Below, piece by piece: positions 20,408 to 29,767 of a stretch of DNA of 64,000 bases. The DNA is from an uncultured Nitrososphaerota archaeon (GTDB lineage: Archaea; Thermoproteota; Nitrososphaeria; Nitrososphaerales; Nitrosopumilaceae), in NCBI GenBank assembly GCA_963824385.1, contig CAWGPD010000001.1, positions 242,136 to 306,135 on the forward strand, read 5' to 3'. The translations under genes were made by a program, and so were the position numbers. A model generated the notes under the pieces. That model was not told the origin of the DNA, searched no databases, and saw nothing but the letters and a program-made list of their open reading frames with translations. Position 1 is the stretch's first letter, and each line of letters begins with the position of its first letter.

Positions 20408-21490
20408 TTGTCTACAGTAAAAAATGCAAAAAACTGCGAGGAAAATGTCCTAGTTTTACAAGGAGGGGGCTCTCTTGGAGCATACGAGTGCGGAGTCTAC
20501 AAATCTATCCATAAACTCAAAATAAAATTAGACGTAGTTGCAGGTACTTCAATTGGAGGGATAAATTCAGCCATTATTGCCGCAAGTAAAAGTGATGACC
20601 CAGCAAGAGATCTTGAAGAATTTTGGCTAACATTAGCAGAGACTGTAATACCACATTTTCTTCCAGAGTGGTTAAGAGAGATGTCATCTTCATTGTATTC
20701 CGCCATGTGGGGAAATTCAAACGCATTTCTTCCACTTTGGTTAAGACCATCTCTTGATTTTACATATAATTTCCCATATCTGTATGATATTACACCCCTG
20801 AAGAAGACCTTAGAAAAATTTGTAGATTATTCCAAGCTTAAAGAAAAGTCAAGACCTAGACTGATTGTAACATCTACTGATGTTCAGAATGGAAAACCAT
20901 CTACATTTGATAGTAAATACGACAACTTTACGTCAGACCATGTTCTTGCAAGTGCCGGATATCCATTTTACGGGATTTCTTGGACTAAAGTAGGTAACAG
21001 ATACCTATGGGACGGGACACTTTTGAGCAATACACCGCTCAGAGAAGTTATAGACGCATCTCCAATTTGCGACAAAAAAGTAATTATAGTAAATCTATTT
21101 CCCCGCAACCAAGAGGAACTTCCTCGTAACATGTCAGAATCATGGCACAGAGCAAGAGATATCATGCATACAGACAAGACAGACCAATCAGTACGAATGT
21201 CCAAAATAATCTCAAGATATCTACTAATGATAAAAAAGATGTATGATATCTTGGAATCTACACCGCTTGATGAGAAAAATAAGAAAAAATTCAACGAGTT
21301 AGAGTCAGAGTATCATAGACTTGCATGCGAAAGGGGCACTGTAATCAAAGAGATAGTCCGAGTTGAAAGAAAAGAAGAATCTCACTATCTATTTGAAGAT
21401 GCTGATTTTTCAGTGGATACAGTAAAGAAGCTTATACAAAATGGGGAAAGAGATGCAGAAAAAATCCTGGCAGATTTTGGAAAAAACTGA
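20408..21490 (+). CDS. Patatin-like hydrolase, candidate PHA depolymerase
   Basis: LQGGGSLGAY, GTSIG, WDG..SNTP, C-terminal DADFS..V..LI..G. Confidence 0.9.
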   Translation: MSTVKNAKNCEENVLVLQGGGSLGAYECGVYKSIHKLKIKLDVVAGTSIGGINSAIIAASKSDDPARDLEEFWLTLAETVIPHFLPEWLREMSSSLYSAMWGNSNAFLPLWLRPSLDFTYNFPYLYDITPLKKTLEKFVDYSKLKEKSRPRLIVTSTDVQNGKPSTFDSKYDNFTSDHVLASAGYPFYGISWTKVGNRYLWDGTLLSNTPLREVIDASPICDKKVIIVNLFPRNQEELPRNMSESWHRARDIMHTDKTDQSVRMSKIISRYLLMIKKMYDILESTPLDEKNKKKFNELESEYHRLACERGTVIKEIVRVERKEESHYLFEDADFSVDTVKKLIQNGERDAEKILADFGKN

Positions 21491-21603
21491 TATTTCAGAA
21501 TTATAAAAATAGAAAATATTTGTGGTTATCATATAGCAAGTTGGTAATACTGGCATCTTCAAAAGTTATAAGTAAAGAGTTTTAGCAAATATTGAACAAA
21601 AAA

Positions 21604-21732
21604 TTGAGCGATAAAAAGAAACCCAATGATAACGAAGAATTTCTTGATGAATCTTCCGAAGATAGCGAGGATGAACTCGATGAATTTCTGGATGATGAGT
21701 TTGAGGAAGACAACTCTTCAGAAAAATCTTGA
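21604..21732 (+). CDS. Highly acidic microprotein (42 aa)
   Basis: TTG start; MSDKKKPNDNEEFLDESSEDSEDELDEFLDDEFEEDNSSEKS*, 20 of 42 residues D/E. Confidence 0.55.
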   Translation: MSDKKKPNDNEEFLDESSEDSEDELDEFLDDEFEEDNSSEKS

Positions 21733-21784
21733 TTTTAAAAATATATAACAATCACTTAAAAGTGAGAGTTGGTTTTAATACATA

Positions 21785-22036
21785 ATGACTGATTCTCAAT
21801 ATGACTCTGAAATTGAGGAAGTATCAGCTATGATCCTTGCAGATAAAATATCCTTGGATGAGCAGGACAATTCAAAGTTAAAAAAATATCAAGATTTTGC
21901 AAAAAAACAATTCCGTTTAGACGAAGAACAAGCAATCCAACTTGTAAACGAAGCATTTTTGTATCTAAAGTTAAAAGGTGCAGATTCTGCGGATCTTCTA
22001 CAACAGGGAGATCAATTCGGTGCAGGTTTTAGCTAA
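21785..22036 (+). CDS. Hypothetical protein
   Basis: 83-aa ORF with ATG start and normal composition, ending GDQFGAGFS. Confidence 0.7.
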   Translation: MTDSQYDSEIEEVSAMILADKISLDEQDNSKLKKYQDFAKKQFRLDEEQAIQLVNEAFLYLKLKGADSADLLQQGDQFGAGFS

Positions 22037-22077
22037 TAAAATCAAAATAAAATAACAACATAATGAAGAAGCGTATC

Positions 22078-22581
22078 TTACAAACTAAACTTTAGTCTAG
22101 TCTTTGCAGATATTGCAACTATTGAAATTATTGCAGCTACAAGAACTATAAAGGACAGTTCGCCAAATTCTGGAACTACCTGCGTTCCAATGATCTCTAT
22201 TTGCTGAGTGCCTTGTTGAAATGACACAGTCACAGTTCTATCAGTACTAGTTTTGCTTTCAGTAAAATCAGTATCTGCCCCATCAACTAGTACAAAGAAT
22301 TGATCATCACCAGTAGATGTTTTGGCATCAATTAGTGCCCTTGGCATAGTAATTGTCATGTTTCCATCACTTGCAGACTTGATGAAGACAATAAGAGAGG
22401 TGTCCTGTTGACTAATCGATATAGTGTCTAATGTTGCTCCAGTCATGCTATAATTTACAATGTATGATTTACCACTTTGTGAGTCTTTGACAGTAAACGG
22501 TTGTGATGTTTGTGCAAATACAGGAGCCATGCCTATTGAAAATATGATAACAGTCATGATTGCATATGAGCCCCATTGCAT
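22078..22581 (-). CDS. PEFG-CTERM surface protein
   Basis: Signal peptide, ITMPRALIDAK, FFVLVDG, IEIIGTQVVPEFG + TM. Start moved to ATG 22581. Confidence 0.88.
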   Translation of the reverse strand: MQWGSYAIMTVIIFSIGMAPVFAQTSQPFTVKDSQSGKSYIVNYSMTGATLDTISISQQDTSLIVFIKSASDGNMTITMPRALIDAKTSTGDDQFFVLVDGADTDFTESKTSTDRTVTVSFQQGTQQIEIIGTQVVPEFGELSFIVLVAAIISIVAISAKTRLKFSL

Positions 22582-22679
22582 GTGTTCTTTTTTTTTATGT
22601 CGTATTTGACTTTTGCTAGTAAGTGCCACATTCTACAGACTAGAAAATTGGAAATAGGGCCACTCTAGCAAAATATCAG

Positions 22680-23637
22680 GTGGAATTGCTTTTGACAAGA
22701 CATCACATGATTCTCTCAGTAATGCTGTTGGGCATAGTAATGTTATCTTTTGTTGCATATCATGAAAGTTATGCAGTGACAGATTATCAAAACAGTCAGC
22801 CAAAGATTACTATCACTATTAGTTATACCAACAATACATCAATGACTCATACAATTCTTGTAAATAGCAACCAGAAATATACAGTTTCACAGGAATATTC
22901 TTGGACAAGCGATAATTTTACTAGATTCAACTTGCAAGGATATCATATTGACAATGGACCTTTTATTCCCATTCAAAGAGAATCGGATGGAAATTTCACA
23001 TTAGATATTTTAACAGATTCTAATCACTCAATAGTTTTTTTAGCAAAACCTCAATTTGAAATTATTACATCAGATACAGACAAGATAAGTTTCTCGCCTC
23101 CATCTCCCACAAATGATACATGGTTTGATGCAGATTCAGATGTACAAATCATTGCACCATATGTGCTACAATCAGATCAAGAAAACACACGACGACAGAC
23201 TTACCGGATGGTCGTTGGATAGTCCAGATATCAATGTAATTTCAAGACAAGAATCAGGGACTTTCAAATCTCATTTTGTTCACATGTCAAGTATGCATAA
23301 AATTGATCTAGAGTATATGACACAGTATTATATCAAAGTAATTTCCAATTTTGGGCGAGCTCTTGGAACAGGGTGGTATGATTCGGAGACCATTGCAGAT
23401 ATATCCATAATGCCCAGTGATGATGTTCTTGTCAAACATGTCTTTACAGGATGGCAGGGCCAAGTCATAGGAAGTGGAAATCAGGAATCTGTACAAGTAT
23501 TTGTAGATTCGCCAAAGACCATTGTGGCCAATTGGTTTGTCGATTATACCAATGTAAGCATCATTTCAATATCTGTCATAGCAGTTGTAGTTGGATTAGT
23601 AATTTACCAGAAAAGAAGAGTCCCTTCAAAGGCATAA
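22680..23637 (+). CDS. Membrane-anchored surface protein with beta-repeat modules, frameshifted near 23200
   Basis: Signal peptide in the 5' ORF; TQYYIKVIS.FG...GTGWYD..FTGW.G and a C-terminal TM in the 3' ORF. Confidence 0.7.
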
Positions 23638-23687
23638 GCATAGAAAATGGGAGCGAGAATTTAAAACCATCATGTTCAATTACATAC

Positions 23688-25019
23688 GTGTTGCTACAAA
23701 GCCAAGATCCCGTAGCCATACGTGAAGAAATTCAAAACATCCTAGTTACTAATGGTTTTAAAAGAGAATGCTTTTCCAAGATTTTAGATTATACAATAGA
23801 TCTTTTCGAGTCAAAGGGCTTGGGTGTCGATTATTATGGATATCACAATATTGTTCACGAGTTAGAAGTGACCTATGTTACTTTACTTGCGGCCCAATGG
23901 GAAAGCACGCATGGAATTTTAAAGCCTGAAGATTTTCCCTATCTTTTTGTCGCTGCACTTTTTCATGATTATGATCCTCAGAAAAAAGTAGACAAGCCAC
24001 ACGAAGAAGACGCGGTCAAATTTGTTATGACAGATGAAAAACTCGATGCGTTATTAAAAGATGCAAATATTGATAAAAATTTGATTGCCGCATTAATTCA
24101 TCGAACTACATATCCTTGGAATGGAGAGATTAAAGAAAATACAGAAAAGAAAATAGATGATTGTCTTAGTAAGATACAAGCTGCAAATGAAGATGAGGTC
24201 AAGAAAGAACATTTCAAGAATATGGGATGGTTTCTTTCAGTTACAGATAGAATTGCAGGATATACTCTCGGTGATTTTACAAAAGCATTGGAGATGGCAC
24301 AGAAAAACGCTCATGCATTAGCGTGGCATCCATATTATATCGTTAGAAGATCAGTGGCATATTTTGAAGATCTTCTCAATAATGATGCAGAGATGTATCA
24401 AAGAGTGTTACGTGCACTTCCAAGAGACATGAGAAAAAATTTCACAGACAATGTTTTAGCTTTTATGAGATTAAGAGAACAGGAAATTCAGATAGAAGGA
24501 TCACTTGTTTATGATAACGCAAAATTTTTTGCAGTGATCGAACCAATGTCAAGACGTCAGGACTCTGAATTTGTAAACACGTTATCTGAAATTTATCATC
24601 AATTGCCAAAACCACTCCGATTCAAAAACAATGAATTTATTGAATCAGTCATGGCCAAAGATACCATACTTAACACATTAAGATTGGGAAGTGACAATGG
24701 TCCAGTCATAGGTTTTGCAAAAGGTGGACCTCTTGAGACATACAAATTACGACCTGAAATCACCGATGTAAACTATGGATTAAACAATACTGCTTTCATG
24801 GAACCACTTGCAATAAGAATGGGATATTGGGGGCAAAGTGGTGGACGGGAAATGAGGCTACTATTCAATATGCAAGCTCAGGCAAAAGGATACAAATACC
24901 TCACAGGTTTTGCGTTACGCGATGTAATATCAAGTAGAATTAAGAGAAACGAGCCGATGGAATTTGTAAAACAATTCGATCCAGAACGTTGGGATTACTA
25001 CCGTGCAGCATTACAATAA
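23688..25019 (+). CDS. HD-domain phosphohydrolase fused to a GNAT-like domain
   Basis: YHNIVHELEV, AALFHDY, SVTDR; C-terminal EPLAIRMGYWGQSGG..AQAKGYKYL. GTG start with TTTAAA about 25 nt upstream. Confidence 0.8.
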   Translation: MLLQSQDPVAIREEIQNILVTNGFKRECFSKILDYTIDLFESKGLGVDYYGYHNIVHELEVTYVTLLAAQWESTHGILKPEDFPYLFVAALFHDYDPQKKVDKPHEEDAVKFVMTDEKLDALLKDANIDKNLIAALIHRTTYPWNGEIKENTEKKIDDCLSKIQAANEDEVKKEHFKNMGWFLSVTDRIAGYTLGDFTKALEMAQKNAHALAWHPYYIVRRSVAYFEDLLNNDAEMYQRVLRALPRDMRKNFTDNVLAFMRLREQEIQIEGSLVYDNAKFFAVIEPMSRRQDSEFVNTLSEIYHQLPKPLRFKNNEFIESVMAKDTILNTLRLGSDNGPVIGFAKGGPLETYKLRPEITDVNYGLNNTAFMEPLAIRMGYWGQSGGREMRLLFNMQAQAKGYKYLTGFALRDVISSRIKRNEPMEFVKQFDPERWDYYRAALQ

Positions 25020-25031
25020 ACAGTGTGTATG

Positions 25032-25580
25032 CTATTGAGATTTACTTGAAATTTTTCTAGAACTGATGAATTTTACCAAATGTATCAGACCAATAAATGG
25101 CCAAGATATGACAATTATCAAAAACACAGACCAAACGGCTTGTCCATAATTAAGATAATTTGCTAACAAGTTCAGTGGAAATACGTATTGTATCACACTA
25201 TATGGTATAAAATTAGACAAGATTGGTAAAACATAAGATTGCAAGGCATTCCATCCTACAAAAACTGTAATAAAAAATAAAATTGTTTTTCGTCCAACAT
25301 ATTTTTCAAATCCTTTTCTTTTAATTTCAGTCGTTTTTTCACCAAGTTCTCTTATTTCATCATGTAATTTCGTTATTGCAAATTCTACATTTTTCTGATA
25401 AGATTCAGGGTCTTGTGGGCCTAGACATAGCGGAACCATGATTTGTAAGTATTTTTTATCGGAATCTGGAAGCGGTCTTCCTTCTTGTAAAAGTTCAAGA
25501 AGATATTCCAGTCTTCCTTTATCACCTTTGCCAAGAATCAGAATTTGTTGGATTGCGCCTATTAGATCTTCTGACAACAT
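25032..25580 (-). CDS. Membrane protein with N-terminal G-D-x-x-R-L helical domain
   Basis: N-terminus resembles that of 50350-51201; C-terminal TM helices. Confidence 0.7.
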   Translation of the reverse strand: MLSEDLIGAIQQILILGKGDKGRLEYLLELLQEGRPLPDSDKKYLQIMVPLCLGPQDPESYQKNVEFAITKLHDEIRELGEKTTEIKRKGFEKYVGRKTILFFITVFVGWNALQSYVLPILSNFIPYSVIQYVFPLNLLANYLNYGQAVWSVFLIIVISWPFIGLIHLVKFISSRKISSKSQ

Positions 25581-25743
25581 ATAATTCAGAATTTACCCAG
25601 ATAAAAGCGATTAACTATACGGTGAAAGTAATCAGATTTTTAGTCACTCCAGCCTCTCAAAATAGATTGATATAATTTTAGAAGATAATTCCAATTACAC
25701 AAGAATCAGACATAAACAAAGTTGAAGAAGAAATTCTGTTAAT

Positions 25744-27006
25744 TTACTTTAGAATGATTACTGCGGTTGGTGGCAAGGCTGGATGTGTCACTGTGATAGT
25801 CACGGTAGCCCCATCCTTTCCAAATTCATTCTTGACAATATTTGAGAACACTAGGTCCTCAGATCCGCCAAGAGGAACATTTGGTGCAGTAAATGAAGGG
25901 TTTGCAGTATTTGCATTCATCAATTGTACTGGTTCACCAGAAACTTGTGTCCAAGAGAATGTCAAGTATGAGCCTGTACTCTTTGTACCATCAAGTGTAA
26001 CTGTATCACCACCATGAACTACTTGATCTTGACCTGCATCAGCTTGTGGTGGTGGACCTGGTTCAGGCCATGCTGCAAAAACATATTGTTCACAAGAACC
26101 TACTGGGGCACCGGATTGACTAATTGTCAACTGGAAATCAAATACGTTACCTCCAGAAGTGGATGGAATAGATACTGTTGGAGCTAAATCAGTTGTAGAT
26201 GAGATTCCAATTGGCATGCCAGAGATTTGAGCCCATTGATATGAAAGTGGAGAATCAGAAGGATTGTTGACTGCCTCTGTTAGTACTGCTGAACCACCTG
26301 CATAGGATCTAATTATAGGTCCACAACTTAATGTTGCAATTTTGTAAGCAGAAGAGCTGATAACATTTACAGTTACAGAGTCTGAACCAATACCACCATT
26401 ACCGTCATTTGCAGAGATGGTAAAGTGTAAAGTCGCATTACCGCCAGGAGCAACAGATGGTGCGGTAAAAGTTGTAATTAGATTAGTTGGATCAGTCAAA
26501 GTAACTGGTGAACCTGAATCTTGGGTCCATGCATAAGTCATAGTATCACCATCTGGTGAAGTAGCACTGGCCATAAGAGTAAGTGGATTTCCTTCCATCA
26601 CTGTAAGTTCATGAGTGGTTGTTACTACTGGAGGATGATTAACATGAATAACATTAAGGGTAAAAGTTGTAACACTTGAAAGTCCTTGAGGATTAACTAC
26701 GGTTAGTGCAAATTCCAAGTCTACTGTTTGACCAGATGCAACAGCTGGAGTTGTAAAACTAACATCGGCACTGGAAGTAGAGGATAATGATACTGCAGGA
26801 CCAGATAATTGTTCCCAAGAGTAGGAAATATTTTGGTTCTGAGGATCAGTTGATTGATCACCAGATAGAGTGACAAGAGTTTGCTCGTTTACAGTTTCAC
26901 TATTTGGAGTTGATACAGCTCCAGTTTGAGCATATGCAGAAACTGAAGATAGTCCGAGTGAGAATAATGTAACTGCCAAAACTGCAAAAATTGCTCTTGA
27001 ATTCAA
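25744..27006 (-). CDS. Secreted PKD/Ig-like repeat protein (four repeats)
   Basis: Repeats YSWEQLSGP, YAWTQDSGS, YQWAQISGM, FSWTQVSGE; ADAGQDQ. Signal peptide follows TTG 27006. Confidence 0.85.
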   Translation of the reverse strand: MNSRAIFAVLAVTLFSLGLSSVSAYAQTGAVSTPNSETVNEQTLVTLSGDQSTDPQNQNISYSWEQLSGPAVSLSSTSSADVSFTTPAVASGQTVDLEFALTVVNPQGLSSVTTFTLNVIHVNHPPVVTTTHELTVMEGNPLTLMASATSPDGDTMTYAWTQDSGSPVTLTDPTNLITTFTAPSVAPGGNATLHFTISANDGNGGIGSDSVTVNVISSSAYKIATLSCGPIIRSYAGGSAVLTEAVNNPSDSPLSYQWAQISGMPIGISSTTDLAPTVSIPSTSGGNVFDFQLTISQSGAPVGSCEQYVFAAWPEPGPPPQADAGQDQVVHGGDTVTLDGTKSTGSYLTFSWTQVSGEPVQLMNANTANPSFTAPNVPLGGSEDLVFSNIVKNEFGKDGATVTITVTHPALPPTAVIILK

Positions 27007-27437
27007 CTTGTGTGTTCTATTTTTCCGAATATTAAAAACCTTTCTCTTAAATGATTTGTTAGTCAGGATCGCTAAAAAAGTTGGCAAGAGATTTTATTTT
27101 AAAACGGATTTGGGAGCTCAAAATGATCCATTTTTAGACAAAAAATCAAGTAATTAATTTTTCAGATCTGTACTAGTAGAGGACTTTGATGAAACATCGT
27201 GGAAATTTCGTGTTTTTGATCAAAAGTCATTGCCTTTCTTGATACTACTCGTTTTTCCAGACTAGGACGTCCTCTTTAATCAAGGATGGAATACAATACC
27301 AACTAGAGAAGGCGATCACTGAGAAATTCATTTCAAGAGGTCAATCTGATTCAAAGGACGCGGTCACCTTGAGCGAGCATGTTTTGGAAGAATCACATGT
27401 AATGCCGCCAATGTCTTATCTACTGAAGAAATTCCAA

Positions 27438-27560
27438 TCAATTGCAACCAGTTTTTGATGTTTCAACTCCACCATAAATGACATGACATAACAATGGGGC
27501 TTCACACAAACCATGATTTCCAGAAGCACATCTCTTGCACTTGAAGTTACAATTCATCAT
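27438..27560 (-). CDS. Possible Cys-rich microprotein
   Basis: MMNCNFKCKRCASGNHGLCEAPLLCHVIYGGVETSKTGCN*. Confidence 0.4.
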   Translation of the reverse strand: MMNCNFKCKRCASGNHGLCEAPLLCHVIYGGVETSKTGCN

Positions 27561-27715
27561 TTGGATTGATTTTCAAATACATATGATTTAATTCAATAGT
27601 CAAAAACCCATAGTTTCCAATCTAGTCTGTAATTTTCCATGCTACTAGAATCATATTTGACAAAGTCATCATAGAAACGACTTGAACATAAAATAAAAAA
27701 AATGGCAATAGGAGT

Positions 27716-28072
27716 TTACTTGTTCCACATCTTTTGCCAAGTTTCAGCAAATTTATTCATCATGTCTCCATAGGTTTTTACTTGATCCATACCAGACTGA
27801 TTGAATACTTTCTGCCAGTTATCACCAAATTGTTTGAATGTTTTAATTCCCGCCTCGCTCATAGATTTTTGCCAATTTTCAGTAAATTGATGCATGGTTT
27901 TATCACTTGAATCTTTCACTGCCTTTGCCATGACATCGTTATACTTTGATTGAACATTTTTAGTTGCCTCTTGAAGAGATTCAAAGGCATCCATCCAAGC
28001 CTTGAGCGATTTATTATATTCAATCCACAATTTGTCCCAATCTTTAGGTGGAGATTCTTTTGACATAGACAT
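27716..28072 (-). CDS. Amphipathic W/M/Q/K-rich helical protein, possibly PHA-granule associated
   Basis: Repeated F.E.WQK motifs (FTENWQKSM, FGDNWQKVF, FAETWQKMW). Confidence 0.6.
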   Translation of the reverse strand: MSMSKESPPKDWDKLWIEYNKSLKAWMDAFESLQEATKNVQSKYNDVMAKAVKDSSDKTMHQFTENWQKSMSEAGIKTFKQFGDNWQKVFNQSGMDQVKTYGDMMNKFAETWQKMWNK

Positions 28073-28187
28073 GTAATGACGTATTACTTGATAAAACTAT
28101 TGATCATTGTCACAGTGTATTTTCCAATTCAAACCAGAGTAAAGATTCACCACAATAGATAAAATCAATTCAAACATAGAACAAACA

Positions 28188-28625
28188 TTGAATGTATCAA
28201 GTTCCGCCTTTGAGAATGAAGGAATTATTCCATCAGAGTTTACCTGTGATGGCCAGGATCTTTCACCACCTCTCAGTATAACAAATGTTCCAAAAAATAC
28301 AAAGACTATATCAATTATAATGGATGACCCTGATGCCCCGATGGGAACTTTTACACATTGGGTGGTGTGGAACATTCCTTCTCACAAGATACATTTCACA
28401 AGAGGTGAAAAGTTTGATTTTACTCAAGGACGTACTAGTTTTGGTACAACGGAATATGGTGGACCGTGTCCTCCATCTGGCACTCACAGATATTTTTTTA
28501 AAATTTATGCATTAGATACAAGTCTAGATCTAAAGCACGGTTCGGGTGTAAAGGAATTACAAAGTGCAATGTCAGGACATGTTATAGCAGAAGCAGTCCT
28601 AATGGGAAAATATTCTAGAATCTAA
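28188..28625 (+). CDS. YbhB/YbcL (PEBP-family) protein
   Basis: DDPDAP, FTHWVVWNIP, YGGPCPPSGTHRYFF. Confidence 0.93.
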   Translation: MNVSSSAFENEGIIPSEFTCDGQDLSPPLSITNVPKNTKTISIIMDDPDAPMGTFTHWVVWNIPSHKIHFTRGEKFDFTQGRTSFGTTEYGGPCPPSGTHRYFFKIYALDTSLDLKHGSGVKELQSAMSGHVIAEAVLMGKYSRI

Positions 28626-28637
28626 GTAATAAAAATA

Positions 28638-29249
28638 TTATTTTTTCTGAAGTTTTTTTTCTTTTTTAAAGTCAGATATTCCAAGTAATATTCCAACAAT
28701 AAATGCTATAATACCAATTGCCACCATGCCCATAGACACCTGAATCATATTACACTGTATTCCATATGACGCGTTACAGTTTTTACTCAAGAATGGGTCT
28801 TCGCCCATAATTACATTAATTATTACAGGTTGACTTCCAATATCAGAGATCTTAATTGCGTATAATCCGCCTTGATCGTTTCGCTGTATGATATGATACA
28901 AAAATCCATCCTTGCTTTCTTTTTCAAATATCATCCCATTTGGTTCCATTCCCTCCAGATTGACAGAACCAGATGAGGGAATGGTGTGAACTATAATGAC
29001 ATTATGTTCCTCAAGTTGAGCTGAGCGAATTGTAAAATTAATAAATTGATTTGGCAAGATTTCTTTATTTGTTATCAAAGCGGACTTTGTTTTAAGTATA
29101 GACTCGACAGATTGATATGGTAAATCAAAAAGATTTGCACCAATAATTACTGCAATAATACCAATTGATGCAACTATTGGACCACGTGCTAGGGACGATT
29201 TTATCAAGTACGTATAATTTTTAAGGTGCCTAATAAGAAACTTCAGCAA
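28638..29249 (-). CDS. Hypothetical membrane protein
   Basis: N- and C-terminal TM helices; start uncertain. Confidence 0.6.
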   Translation of the reverse strand: MLKFLIRHLKNYTYLIKSSLARGPIVASIGIIAVIIGANLFDLPYQSVESILKTKSALITNKEILPNQFINFTIRSAQLEEHNVIIVHTIPSSGSVNLEGMEPNGMIFEKESKDGFLYHIIQRNDQGGLYAIKISDIGSQPVIINVIMGEDPFLSKNCNASYGIQCNMIQVSMGMVAIGIIAFIVGILLGISDFKKEKKLQKK

Positions 29250-29292
29250 TTTTGTGCTTAGAACATTTTCAATACACTTAGGGTAAACAAGA

Positions 29293-29586
29293 TTAATTCA
29301 TCATTATACAAAGAGGTTTCCTCATACAAAGCAATGTAATAACAGACATGATTTTTTCATTATGATAAAGTATCTTCCATTTGATGATCCTTTTCAGAGA
29401 TTCAGAAGAGGCAGCCTCGATTTTAGCTAAAATATCATACTCACCAATTACTTCCAATACCTCTACAATACCCTCAATTGAATGAAGTTGTTCTAGTACA
29501 TCTTTTAGATGATCAGACTTGCATTTTATCATAACATGTGCAGTTGCCATATCATGAGAAGACTGGGTATCAGATTCTTCATGCAT
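29293..29586 (-). CDS. Lrp/AsnC ligand-binding-domain protein
   Basis: AHVMIKC...VIGEYDILAKIE. Confidence 0.85.
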   Translation of the reverse strand: MHEESDTQSSHDMATAHVMIKCKSDHLKDVLEQLHSIEGIVEVLEVIGEYDILAKIEAASSESLKRIIKWKILYHNEKIMSVITLLCMRKPLCIMMN

Positions 29587-29767
29587 AAAATCACTTGAGA
29601 ATTTTTGTATCTAAGAATTGTCCATATGTTGTATATACAATCTGTAATTTCTAAAGAACTCTAGTACGCACATGTAAAATCATAGAGACTATGCAAAACT
29701 ACAAATTAATTCATAGTGATACACAGATTAATGTTTATGATGACCCGTTTACATTATAGGATGTAAT

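Noticed and set aside
21566..21751. 61-aa minus-strand ORF from the track
   Set aside because: The plus-strand acidic ORF explains the codon pattern better.
23451..23687. N-terminal extension of the HD protein as given in the track
   Set aside because: It overlaps the upstream gene; a TATA-like box and GTG at 23688 give a better start.
27130..27430. Possible pseudogene or ncRNA upstream of the PKD gene
   Set aside because: Frames are interrupted, and I could not recognise a family or a convincing structure.
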